Shown here piece after piece: positions 13,872 through 26,099 of a stretch of 64,000 bases of DNA. The position numbers and the translations under genes are program-made. Position 1 is the stretch's first letter, and every line of letters starts with the position of its first letter. Source of the stretch: Massalongia carnosa (lineage: Eukaryota); assembly GCA_965645245.1 (NCBI GenBank), contig OZ287070.1, positions 2,170,001 through 2,234,000 of the forward strand. Reading direction: 5' to 3'. Under the pieces are notes generated by a model. That model had not been told where the DNA came from. It worked only from the letters and a program-made list of their open reading frames with translations, and did not search any database.

Positions 13872-14201
13872 ATCCTGCTGGATTGTTGGCTTTTCTAAAA
13901 AAAAAAAAAAGGAGCGAAGTACGTTAAAGATTGGGAGGACGAGTGTAAGGCTGAGCATCGTTGCAAATGTGGGCGCAGATTCTAAACTTAATTTGCCGCA
14001 TGCTCTAACTAGTTACTCGATCTCAAGCGCGTAGCGAATGGTTCCATGAAGTCGGCTTGATTCCTATACGTTGATTAAGGAGAGAAATCATGTAACATTA
14101 TCTAAATATATGTCCAAACTCCTTGAATTCGTATCCTGTCTGGGTTCTAGGATATTTCATCGTTACCACCACCAAAAGCTCTCGGTAGATACAGTCCTTC
14201 C

Positions 14202-14667
14202 TCAAGATAGGGGAAAGAATTGATTAAACCTCCCTTCTGGATCCCACTTGTGTTTGATAGTCTTCAATCTGTCAACATTGTCACCGTAAATCGTCCTTAG
14301 ATTCTCGTCACCATGGCCAAAGTTGATGTATCTACAGGATTAAATTAGTAATCGAGTCGTCCACATGAGCGAACCTGGTTGACGACTTACGCTCGATCCT
14401 CAGCAAAGCCCGAGTTGTCTTGCCATAATCTTCTCGGCTCCATTCCGAAATGTTCTGCCGCGTGGTCTTGAGTCGCGTTGGCATACCATGGGATCATGAT
14501 TGCGTGAAAGTTGACAGCCCGATGAGGATACGCCGCGCTGGTGTCCGAAAAAGTTCGTACCGTCTTGTGTGAATAGCATTCAACCAGCATAGAAGACTGC
14601 TCAACGCCAGGATTTTCTTTCAAGAAGGAAACGTAGTTGTTCCAAATAGCACGGAACGTGGTTGGGT
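14202..14667 (-). pseudogene. 3' fragment of an FAD-linked oxidoreductase with berberine-bridge-enzyme (BBE) C-terminal domain
   Basis: SAAYPHR...WQDNSGF, an intron, then YINFGHGDENLRTIYGDNVDRLKTIKHKWDPEGRFNQFFPLS*. The FAD-binding N-terminal part is absent; the frame runs into the tandem array. Confidence 0.8.
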
Positions 14668-15032
14668 ATGGTCGAAGGCAATCAAGTCCTCGGACACCAA
14701 AGAGCTTGCTAAGCTCGATGGTCGAAGGCAATCAAGTCCTCGGACACCAAAGAGCTTGCTAAGCCCGCTGGTCGAAGGCACTCAAGCCCTCGGACACCAA
14801 AGAGCTTGCTAAGCTCGATGGTCGAAGGCACTCAAGTCCTCGGACACCAAAAGAGCTTGCAATGCTCGATGGTCGAAGGCACTCAAGTCCTCGGGCACTA
14901 AAGAGCTTGCTAAGCTCGATGGTCGAAGGCACCCAAGTCCTCGGACACCAGAAGAGCTTGCTAAGCTCGATGGTCGAAGGCACCCAAGTCCTCGGACACC
15001 AGAAGAGCTTGCTAAGCTCGATGGTCGAAGGC
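14668..15032. repeat. 50-51-bp tandem array, 7 full units plus a partial; degenerate extra unit at ~15137-15180
   Basis: Unit atggtcgaaggca(a/c)(t/c)caagtcctcggacacca(a/g)agagcttgctaagctcg starting at 14668, 14718, 14768, 14818, 14869, 14919, 14970 and 15021. Confidence 0.97.
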
Positions 15033-18000
15033 AAAAAAAGTATATTGCTGGCCCTGAGCGCCCAATTGGTTCAAAAATCATCAAAGCGTCAGTTTCACCC
15101 GTGGTTGAGTTCTGGACACGCAAAAAATACAAAATCCCTCGGACATCAAAGAGCTTAGTAAACTCATTGATCGAAGGCACAAAGACCTTTCTTTTTGGCA
15201 ATTATGCCTTCTTAAGGCACTAGATGAGATTGTGCGGCAGTTGCCTCTTATTATTTAACCGGCCTAAAGCCGGTTAAATCAAATTGGAATAACCCTGCGC
15301 TCAATTTGCTTCTGGTCAATTGGACCCTTGAAAAAGCCGAAGTTGAAATTCTCATCATGGCAAACAAGCATGTTAAGCAAACAGGTTTCTCTGTTGAGAC
15401 ATCAGAGTGGACACTGGCTAAGGAGGGACTGTTTTTTCCTTGTCTATAAGAAAGGTCACAGATCCACATTCTTTCAGTCACTACTAAGTTTCTCGCCTTG
15501 TTCAATTGCTCCCCATTCTCCCATTATGTCTATCATAGATACGTCACATCTTTTGGAGAAAGCCGAAAGATATTCGGCATGGGCAAGCTATACGAAGGGC
15601 ATTCTGCTCAAGAACAACTGCGAAGGAGCCATTCTGGAGAATCAATCAGAAATCACCGCTGAAACCATCAAGGAAGGTTTAATACAAGCAGGCTTCGACG
15701 CCAAAGGTATTTCAGTCAGCATCTTGGTAAAAGAACTGCGTGACTAGAAGAATAGACAGAAGGCCGAGATGACCAAAGCTATAGGAATCATTCACGGATT
15801 AGTTGCGGAGTGCCATTACAGCCTCATCGACAACAAGAATGCGGCAGAAATGTGGAAAATCCTGAAGGATAGATTCCAAGATATAGCACCAATGAGCATC
15901 AGCGACATCATTCTGAAGGTTAGTTCCAAGAAGATGACCGACTTCGAGACGACCAGTCTATACTGTGCATATTACGAGAGCGCTTTAAACAAGATTAAAG
16001 GAATACTGGACGACAAGGCCAAAGTGGATGTGCATACCGTGGAGTTTATGCTTAAGGGAATGATGCTGGGTAACACCAGACGTCTATTCCCCATTGATAG
16101 CCCAACTTCGACGAGATTGAACATACGAAACCACAAACCTGTCGGAAGCAATGAAGACCATTATTGCTTATTATGTCAACATGAAAATCACCAAGGCACT
16201 TCATATCAGCACACCTGACTCAAGAGGTCGAGCCCCATCAGGGAACTGCACCTTCTCTTAATGTGTCAAGAGAAAGAACACTCGTCATTGGCTAGATACC
16301 TGTTTGCAGAAGTTTCCACAGTTAAAAAGACATAGAAGTTCGCTCGAATCCGGAAGAGCAAAGAAACAAAAGACTACCTCGTTAGAAACGAAGGGCGGAC
16401 TTATCTCATACTTCAACCAACATTCCAACGACCATTGACACTCCAGATTTGAGGATGCAGTTGAGCAAAGTGGACGAGGACACCTATCAAGGACTGGACG
16501 TCATTATCTGTCAAATCAAAACTCACTACATGGCATGGAAGGCTTGGTCATCTCAACATAGCAACGTGTCGAAAATATCTGAAAACGCTAGACATAACGT
16601 ACGATGACGATATCAACCACGGTTGGTTTTTCCATGCATGCGAAACGGGAAAAGCCAAAAAGATATACAACCGAACACGGCAAGAGAAGGCCACAGAGCT
16701 CTTTCAAAAGATAAACTCTGACCTAGTGGGACTAATCAAGCCATCAGGACTTCTTGAAGAACTTTACTTCTTCACTTTCACCTGTGATGCTAGCAGATAC
16801 ACTCATGTCTATACCGGATACAAGAAGAGTGAATGGTTTGATCACTTGTTGACATACTACAGCATGGCTCAAAATAAATCCGGAAAGGCTAAACTCATAA
16901 GCAGTTTTCGCACTGACTTCGGCACGGAGCTTCGCAGTCACAAGTCAGACGTTTGGTCCTTGGAACAAGGCATAACGTTTGAAACAGCTGCTCCATACTC
17001 AAGAGGAAAACGGAGTCGCGGAACGAATGGGCAGAACCATCATGGACATGACAAGATGCAGTGTCATTGCCGGAGACATTCCAGACTACTTGTGGGCAGA
17101 AGTGGTTCTAGCCATGGTTCACACCAAGAACATCAGACCAACCAACGCCTTAGCAGGTAAAACCCCGTATGAGATCTTCGAGAAGAAGTCACCTAAGCTG
17201 GATCACCTGAGAATTCTCAGATCTACAGTCTATGCATTAATTCACGAAAAAGAGCGAAAAGGAATAAACAGCAAGGCTGCTAAATTTTCTCCGAGGGCTC
17301 AGAAAGGAATCCTGTGTGGATATGACAGAAGCACCATCTATCGCGTCTTTATGGAAAAAGACTACAAGGTCATCAGGGGCAAGGACTTACGAATTCATGA
17401 AGACGCCACATTCAAAGATGGGACCGATCTACCCACGTACGACTCAACATATCATCAAGCAATGAACTCCAAATATGCAAACGAATGGAGTCAGTCTGGG
17501 TAATGGATGAGATCAAAAGTCTGCTGGAGAATAAAACCTGGGATACATTACCTACCGAGTCCATGGAACCCGGACATATAGTCTTAAGTGGCAAATGAGT
17601 ATTCAAGCTGAAACGGGACGTAAATGAAAAGATCGTTCGCTTTAAAGCCAGATGGGTTGTCAAAGGATATCTACAACAATACTGAGTAGATTTCGATCAA
17701 ACCTTTGCATCTATGGTCAAACAATGGCTTTTCGCTTGCTATTCGCGTTAGCTGCTCATCACTATCTGCACATCGAGCGGCTGGATATAGTGACAGCTTT
17801 TCTGAACGGTCTCATTATCAACTCATCTATGTCCACATGCCGAAAGGATATGACACAGCTGGCATGGTGTGTAGGTTGAACAAAGCCCTGTACGGTTTGA
17901 ACAGTCTCCGCGTCTCTGGTATGAATGACTGTCAGCTTTTCTATTGAGCAAATTAGGATTGGAGAAACTCCACGCAGATCATAACATTTTCGTCACACCT

Positions 18001-18841
18001 CAAGGGATAAAAGGACACATTGTTACCTCTTTCGTTGACGATTTGAACATCATAGGCCCAAAGGGTTCCCCGATGATCACCGAAGTCAAGAAACAGCTCA
18101 AGCTAGCTTTCAAGATGGTAGACATGGGACCAATCAGCTACTATCTAGGCCTTAAAGTCGAACGAGATCGAGTCAACAAAACCATAAAGCACTCCCATGC
18201 GAGAAGGCTGTCTCTTCATCAATGAATTTCAGGACTCCAACAAGGACATAAAGCAATATCAAACCATGGTCGGATCCATCACGTTCGCAATGATAGAAAC
18301 CAAGCCTGACATAGCTTTCGCAACGTCCGTAATCAGTCGACATGCAAAGAATCCAGGCAAAACAAATATGGAAGCGGCCAAACACATTCTCAGATACCTT
18401 AGCGGTACCAAGAATAGAGACATCACCTTCGACAAATAGCAGCGAAAATCCAACTGAGGTTATGTGTTCATGCTGAACAATGGACCAATAAGCTGGTGTT
18501 CCAAAAGACAAACAACCGTCACATTGTCATCAACCGAAGCAGAGTATATGGCACTCACCTTAGCAGCAAAGGAGGCAACATGGCTACGTTTACTGATGAC
18601 CCAACTCGGATTGATGACTTCTGATGACGGATCCCCGACAATAAACGTGTTAAGAGGAGAAGGCACAATTGCATTGAAAGGCGACAATCAAAGCGCCATA
18701 GCACTGGCCAATAACCCCGTATTACACTCCAGGACCAAGTATATCGACATTCAGCACTACAGTGAACCCTGGTTAAAACGAACCTTTTTCCAACGAATTC
18801 GGCTTATAACGAATTTTTTTCATGGATGAGCGATTCTTGTA

Positions 18842-20126
18842 CACCTTTTCCGGGGGTTATTTGTTAGTGGTGTACATGCAGGGGTAAAAATCCGCTAACC
18901 TTTTGAGGTTTACTTCTTAGGCATCTCATCCCAAAAAGAAAATTCATTTCGATCATTCAGAATGGAAGCAACAGTGCCCCCCCCCTCAACGCCCAAAAAG
19001 CAGTCTGATTTAACGCGAGACCAGCGTATTCAGGTCACCACATTAAGAGAAATTGGATGGTCATACGAGCAAATTGCTAAACATTTGGGCATTACCATTC
19101 GTCAAGTCCAATACTCCTGCACCGCCGGTCGCCCTACTCCGCAGAAAAAAAATTGCGGCCCACGCAGCATTATTAGTGACGATGCTCGTCAAATGTTAAT
19201 CAATTTCGTATGCGCTTCTGCAGAAAACAGGCGACTTTCTTACGCTCAACTAGCTTGGAAGCTTGGTTGGAATGTCTCTGAAGATGTTATACGAAAAGCA
19301 TTGAAAAAAGAAGGATTTTCGAGACGCATTGCTCGTAGCAAACCTCCGATTTCCGAAGTAAATCGCCTGCGACGATTGGAATGGTCATTGGAGCATTTAA
19401 ACTGGACGAAAGAGCAATGGAATTTTATACTGTGGAGCGACGAGACTTGGGTCAACGGCACGCGTCATCAACGCGTATGGGTAACCAGACGAGCTCATGA
19501 AGAGTTGGACCCTACCTGTATTGTTCCTCGTTTGAGACGACAAGGCGGATGGATGTTTTGGGGCTGCTTTGCGGGCATACAAAAAGGGCCATGTCTCTTT
19601 TGGGAGAAGGATTGGGGGACTATCAATAAGGAATCATACTGCGAGCGTATAGTGCCTCTTGTACATGGTTGGATACGTATGCATCCGGAGCTACAATTCA
19701 TGCAAGACAACGCGCCTGGCCATGCAGCAAATTTTACTATTCAGGAACTTTCAAGAACGCGATATTTCGACTATTCTATGGCCCCCATTCTCGCCTGACT
19801 TGAACCCTATAGAAACTGTATGGGAAATCATGAAAAATTGGATTCAGATGCACTATGGAAATGAAGACAAACTGTCCTACGATCAACTACGTCAGGCAGT
19901 GAGGGAGGCATGGGATGCGGTCGGTGCTGATCAGTTAAATGAGCTGATCGAGTCCATGATGGAGCGATGTCAGGCAGTTATTGATGCCGAAGGAAAGCAT
20001 ACCAAATTTTAAAGAAGTTTGATTGGTCAACTTTATTGCGCCCGATCTAAAATAATCCCTGTCTTTCCCCCTGTCTCCCCCCCCCCGCTTTGTACCTCCC
20101 TAACAAATAACCCCCCGGCGTAGGTG
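18842..20126 (+). mobile_element. Tc1-like DNA transposon nested in the left end of the pogo element
   Basis: TA at 18840-41 and 20127-28. Imperfect ~40-bp TIRs cacct...ccgggggttatttgttag....gtaca....gggg. Confidence 0.92.
18962..20012 (+). CDS. Tc1-family DD34E transposase, one frameshift near 19750
   Basis: HTH N-terminus, WSDETW, FMQDNAPGH, WPPFSPDLNPIE. Deleting one T in ctttcaa joins the two ORFs with exactly 34 residues between D and E. Confidence 0.92.
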
Positions 20127-20318
20127 TATGTAAAATAACGAATGTCGGCCTATTGCGAATTCGTAAGCAATTTTAGAAAGTTTCTTAGTGATTCGCTATA
20201 ACTAGACCTCGGCAATTACCCTTTTAGGATTAGCTGATAAAAATTCTTGATACGTAGTACTACATGCTGCGCATCCTATCGATAGATAACATATCCTTTT
20301 AATAACCAACAACTCATC

Positions 20319-21964
20319 ATGAATTCTTCCTCCAAAAAACGTCGTCGACCTATCACAGATGCAGAAAAACACGCGCTTCGTCAGTATGTTCAGAATAATT
20401 TCGTTAAAAGACCTTTCGGCAAAGCTCTTCAAGTCTGGTTTGAAGCTGAATTCGGTCATACACCTTCGGAATCTACAATATCGGATATTCTTTCTCGAAA
20501 ATACGATCGTTTAAATGAGAAGGAGACATTTCAACCTGATATCAAAAGATTGAAAGCTTCTTTTTGGCCGGATCTTGAAGCGGCTCTTTTCGAATGGCAA
20601 CAACGAATGCAGACAAAGCAGGCGACTGTGACGGGAGAGTTATTGAAGGAGATGGCAAAGAAAATCTGGACAAGACTTCCTCAATACTCTCATGAAGAAA
20701 TGCCCAAATTTCTAACGGTTGGCTAGATGCTTTTAAAGCTCGTCATTCCATCTCCTTTCGTATTCGACATGGAGAAGCGGCATCAGTTGACAAGGAGACA
20801 GTGGAAGAAGAATTGAGGGACTTGAGAATTAAGTTGGCTCCGTACGATCAAGACGATGTATACAACATGGATGAGGCTGCCTTGTATTGGAAGATGAATC
20901 CGAATGGAACGTTGGCTACAGCTTCATCTGCTGGATTGAAGCTTGAGAAAGCTAGAATAACCGTTAATTTTTGCGTTAATGCAACGGGCACTCATAAACT
21001 TCCACTTTTGTTCATTGGTACGGCAAAAACACCTCGCTGTTTTACGCGTGAGGGGATCAACGTTAGCAACCTGAATATGCTATGGCGAAGCAATAGAAAG
21101 GCATGGATGACGGGAGTATTATTTCAAGAGTATTTGCAATGGTTTAGTCGTCAAACAAATCGCAAAGTAGTCTTGCTAGTCGATGGATTTTCAGCTCATG
21201 TTGCTGGCTATCGTCGGTATTCAGAATCAAATCCTGAATCAAACGTTAAAGTGATATTTCTTCCTGCCAATGCTACAAGCATCTGTCAACCATTGGATCA
21301 AGGCATCATCAAGACGTTTAAGGCTCACTACAAGCGAAAATGGCTAGCCTTTTTATGTGATCAGTATGATGCGGACAAAGATCCTTTTAAGAACATGCAT
21401 ATTTTGCAAGCTATTCGTTGGTCAATGACTGCTTGGGAGTATGACGTCAAACCCGCTACTATCGTCAACTGCTGGATTAAGTCTTTGGTATTCTCAGCAA
21501 ATTACGGACCTACTACGCAATTGCAAGCGAAGAAAATGGGCTGGACGAAAGAAAAGGGTTGGTCGAAGGCAGTTGATCAAGAGACGGAAGACTACAATCA
21601 ACTAGTAAAAGAGATGAGCACTACATTGCAGCAGTTGAAGAAGAATGATCGCATTCAAGACGTCATAAGTATTGAACGATGTCTCAATCCCGCGGAAGAA
21701 ATCATTGAGGATGATGATGATGACATTCTTGATACTATTGTGGATGCATACGCCGAGGGTCAAATTGAAGAATCGGATGAAGATGAGATCGTCAAACCTA
21801 CAGTGAAATACTCTGAAGCTATTCAAGCTTTGAGAATACTACGTACATTTCATGAGCAACAGGAAGATGGCGACATCGATCTGATTCAACCTTCGGAGCA
21901 GGTTATGCTAAATGGGGAAATCAATACTAGAAAGCAGATGACCATTACCAGCTATTTTAGGTAG
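20319..21964 (+). CDS. pogo/Tigger transposase (CENP-B-type HTH + DDE_1), one frameshift near 20710
   Basis: STISDIL and PDLEAALFEW N-terminal motifs. Adding one T in aaatttct restores FSNGWLDAFKARH. Catalytic YNMDEAALYW, LLVDGFSAH, QPLDQGII. Confidence 0.9.
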
Positions 21965-22281
21965 AAAATGAGATGTTTTCGTAGAAATTAAGGTTATAAC
22001 GAAAACTGGTTATAACGAATTTTTTTCATGGAATCATCGATTCGTTATAGCCAGGGTTCACTGTACTTCATACGAAACGAGGTGCTAGAAGGAAGAATCG
22101 ACCTCACCTATGTTCCGACCGAAGACATGATTGCAGATGGACTGACAAAAACCCTCACGCACGTCAAGTTCTTCTCCTTTATCAGACAGCTCAACATGGA
22201 CAAACAGACATGAGAGGTAAAGAAGTTCAACCACGGTTGAATCCACGATGGAAACAAGTACTGGTAGGACTTGAGGGGGGG

Positions 22282-22555
22282 TGTTGAATATCCAATTCCT
22301 ACCAGCACAATGAACACCTATCAGTACGATGAACATAGCACCTACGGCTGCCCTAGATGGACAGATCATCTATGGAAACCGTAGATGCCGCATTAGGCTT
22401 AGTCCCAAGATAAGATAAGATCACCTCGCTTAGAAGGGGGTGACCAGTAATAGGAAAAGATTGCTGCCTAGCAACTCTTCATCCTTAACATCACGGTCAT
22501 ACATACCTTTATTATTACATAGCCATATAGCCATAATCATATACCTATTTCAACA
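22282..22555 (+). repeat. 3' LTR (274 bp) of the copia element, preceded by a polypurine tract
   Basis: PPT [14 protein letters not shown] run at 22273-22281, directly followed by TGTTGAATA...TATTTCAACA inverted termini. Confidence 0.88.
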
Positions 22556-23209
22556 AGAAATAACATCGAATTATTTCGATTTAAATCTTATTTCACTCAT
22601 CTCATTCAATCGTTGAATGTAAGAAAGATGCTTTCAGTCGTTCAAGCATTATCACCTCGAAGGCATTGACGAATTGATGCGGGGTGAAGATTCTGATTTT
22701 GGTAAACTCGACTTTTTGTCGATTTTTCAGCGCATGCGAAAGCAAACATTCTCTTTTATCGTTATACTATTGTAATAGGGTAGGCCTAGTATGCGTTCGT
22801 TGAACGTAAGACTGGCCTATGTGGCTATGTGGGATACGTACAGCCAAAACAACCACCAAGACAATAAGGTCCCGCCTAATCCAGTTAGGCATAGTGTGGG
22901 GACTTAACTTATTATGGAGGTGTTTTCGTAGTACACGAAGTATCCTCTCGCCTCGCCTCACCTCCCCTAGCTCGCCTGCCTAGTCTCATCTACCCGAGTG
23001 TTTCGGTGACCGAAAATACCAGGTAGTATGGGCAAGGTATGGAAGAAGAGCTTAGGTTGTGGATTGTCCTATCCTATATATATCAATGATCAAGCACTTC
23101 AAAAGGGTAGCATATAGTCTACCCTTTGACCCGACCCTACCTATTTTGTACCTCTATTGTGACCATCACGTTGTGTAGCCCCTATGGATCCCGTCTTCCA
23201 GTAGTGAAT

Positions 23210-23990
23210 GCCTGCTGGGAGAAGGTCTCCCCGTTTCAACTATCCTCGTTCAGAAACATAGGCTTGATGTCATATAACCCCGATGTAATGATTCGAAAAT
23301 AAGAGGCTTTTCAGACTCGTAGACCGACTATTCAGTCCCCACTTTTGTCAGCTTCATTGCTTGTCAGAACACCTCGTACGACTCAAGAGGTTGTTGATTA
23401 CGAAAACACGCTACGAAAAAGTCTGTGTGAACATGAGACGTGGAGGTTCATTAAAAGAAACGAATGATCGTTGTGATTAGACTGCGAGCTTACCGAGTTG
23501 GGCTTAGTGTCCCTTTTCAGGAGTTATAGGAAATCTCTGCGAGCAGTTACTGTTTTCCTCCTTGTGTTCGTTTCGTCAGATTATCATGTAGCATAGTCGA
23601 TAGCAAAACACTGTTCCACCACATGGATAGGATCATTGGACTCCTACCGTGACAGTCTGAAGAAGTAAAATGTACCGAATGAGGAATGGGATTGTCATGT
23701 GGAACGATTTGTGAAGGGTTCCATTTCTAGTGCTCATGTATGTCAGATTTCGGAGCGAGAACTTCGAGTCAATCAGGTGCTGTTCGTTGCGAAGGCTGCA
23801 CGCAGGAAACTCGGTGAAAAGATTGCCCAGAAAGGAGGGGTCATAACAGTTCGAGATGTACGGGCGAAGGTTACAAAACGCACCTAGAATGAGGTGGAAA
23901 AGATCAAGTAGGCCTATGACCGTGTCGTACTAGTGCTGAAAAGAAGCAGTTGACCTTGGACCGAAAGTACAAAACAATCGCTCGATCGAT
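23210..23990 (+). pseudogene. Decayed relic resembling the C-terminal part of a Fot1/pogo transposase
   Basis: FRNIGLMSYNPDVMIRK...RTPRTTQEV and ERFVKGS...RRKLGEKIAQKGGVITV with stops. Resemblance by eye only. Confidence 0.45.
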
Positions 23991-26099
23991 GCTAAGTTAA
24001 GCAAAGATGTTTCATCAGCGTCATAGTCGATCAAAGCAATCATAACCGTTGTTGTCAGTGATTTGTAGCAAAAAAGGTAGATAATTAGGGAAAAGTGCGT
24101 CAGTGTGCTGGACACTAGTAGGGGGCTCGCTTCGATTACTAGTGTCTCAACAGTTTGGAGCACCGCATGCTTTTGAACCCAGGAAGTGGAACAAGAAAGC
24201 GACACCCACTATCGAAGGAGGCCTAGCCCAATGTATTCCGAGGGCAATTTGACCGTGCAAAAAAGAGAAAGCTCCAAACCGAAAAGACTGCGAGAAATAT
24301 CGAAGCAGCACCAGGTAATCATGGAACCAGCGAGGTTTCCACAAAATCCAATCGGTACCAACTGAACCAGTTGGCACTCGCTCGAGCAAGAAATCCCAGC
24401 CTAAGCCCGCGATATAAATAGGAAGCCAAAGCCGAGCTCCCATCAACCACATCTTAGGAGTTGGGATCGATGACGAACCAACCAAGTTTGAAGATTCTCT
24501 TTACATTCAACCAGTGAGCGCTCATTCTCCTGCTCTAACCCTAACTACTACCTCATGTCTCTTACCCCCCTCGACTCCAGAACTCGATATGGAAATCTTT
24601 CCCTTCATGCAAGAGTTCAGAATCTCCATTTGGCAGAGACCTCTTTTCTGAAGCGAGAGCTTCGATAGCGCGGAGATAGCGCGTTGGCGTTTGTGTTAGG
24701 AGGGGGTTGGCGCCAAAATGTCGGAACGAATCGGGAATGCCTTCACTTTCCGTTTTCTGCCCGTTAAACGACGTTGCGATGGAAAAGTCGGTGAAAATGT
24801 ACTTTGTTGTGCTAGCTTCGGATAGCCAAGTTTTTTTTTGTTTTTAACTACCTATGTATCTGTGGCTTGAAATTGATGTCTTGGCTATGTTACCTACCAT
24901 TATGGTGGTGGAGGGGCATGATGGAGTGTTCTGATTATATTCGTGTCGCCCAGAAGTGTTCGGTTTTTAAAAATATACAATAACTCGAAGAGAAAAACCA
25001 AGCACTCTTAGGTATCTACTTTTGGGTTACGTTTTCCGAGACATGGAAGAGGTTTTAGGGGGGGGGGGGGGGTTGTCACTTTCTTTGCACCTGAGGAAGC
25101 ATGTTTGGTCTAGCTAAATGTTCTGGATCTAGAAGTACACGAATTCTTCCCCTTTTGCTGTTCTTTCGTCATGTCAACTCGAGCGCGAAATGTCTCCACC
25201 TCAATCTCCTGTTGCTTTTCTTCGTTCTCTTGTTCCTAGTAAGTAACATAAAATGAAGCAGAACAAGCTCCCTGCCAAAGCTCCCTGCAAAAGCTCTACC
25301 CCGGCGACTTATTGGGCAAGTTCTATAAAAACGGTTGCAGAGCAGTAGAGCTTATACTGTATCATGTATCCGTTCTGGTGATAATCAGAAGCATCAGCAT
25401 CAAAGGTCCGTTGAGCAACGGTCCTAGTGCTGAGTAGCCCAAATATGCTGCTGGTTTTTTAAATCTCCAGCCTGCATCAACCCGCCGACACATTTCCTTG
25501 CTGCCAGCGTTTCTTCCTCCAGTTTGTTCTTCACTCTTCAGACTGCATCTCCAACGGCAAGCTCTTCAATTTCCGAGCTCGCTTCTTTGAGTTTCCCACC
25601 TAGCAGTTTACCAAAACTCTCACTATCACTATTATAGAAGTTTCATATAGCTCAATCGCTTTCCACCCACCCCCCTAGTGCGAGCCCGGCCCTGCATCAT
25701 GAGTGGGGTTTTGCCCTGAGTGTCTTCGACGAACTCATCCCGCCCCCTTCCCTTTGAGCAACTGTCGAGTACCATTTCCAGTTTTGTCGTGAGTAAATGT
25801 CCAATGCATAGGCATCCATCACTTCCAGCTCGAATGAATGTTTAGGTAGGGCATAGGGTGAATTTTCTACCTTTGGTGTACGTGATATGATCGTAGAAGA
25901 TCTTACGTTTCAAATGCCCCGTCGATGTAGTAATTTGGAAGGCTTCTGAGGCGTAAGAGTTATATAGGTATGTCTATGGATGTAAGCATCTACGGAATAC
26001 AGTTTTCATACTGACAATTTATCCAATAGATGTACCCGGAGGTAAAACCCCATTTACGTTCATAATGGTTACCCTCGTCCTCCCTATTTACAAGGAGGC

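Larger units (their letters stand above)
18760..22063 (+). mobile_element. pogo/Tigger-like (CENP-B-type) DNA transposon inserted in copia RNase H
   Basis: TA duplication at 18758-59 and 22064-65. 23-bp TIRs cagtgaaccctggttaaaacgaa / rc cagtgaaccctggctataacgaa (21/23). Removing the element restores copia IDIQHYFIRNEV. Confidence 0.95.
14668..22555 (+). mobile_element. Degenerate Ty1/copia LTR retrotransposon, 5' LTR missing, interrupted by nested DNA transposons
   Basis: gag-like region from 15526; pre-integrase WHGRLGHLN (~16533); integrase RTDFGTEL and EENGVAER; RT RFKARWVVKGY, DIVTAFLNG, LNKALYGL, FVDD; RNase H ISWCSKRQTTVTLSSTEAEY, DNQSAI, KYIDIQHY|FIR, ADGLTK. Order INT-RT-RH is copia-type. 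Many stops, frameshifts and deletions. The left boundary is uncertain. Confidence 0.92.

Noticed and set aside
14668..14690. TGG-starting repeat unit as a multiplied tRNA primer-binding site
   Set aside because: I could not match it to a tRNA 3' end I know, and no LTR precedes it.
14668..15032. CRISPR array interpretation of the hairpin-containing 50-bp repeats
   Set aside because: Units are head-to-tail with no unique spacers, there are no cas genes, and the context is fungal.
21560..21571. tggtcgaaggca match between the pogo ORF and the tandem array unit
   Set aside because: Only 12 bp and inside coding sequence; most likely chance.
23461..23682. cgaatga direct repeat flanking a possible ~215-bp insertion in the transposase relic
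   Set aside because: 7-bp match only; removing the segment does not restore the frame and no terminal repeats are visible.
24000..25950. Protein-like fragments on both strands
   Set aside because: Too decayed to assign to any family by eye.
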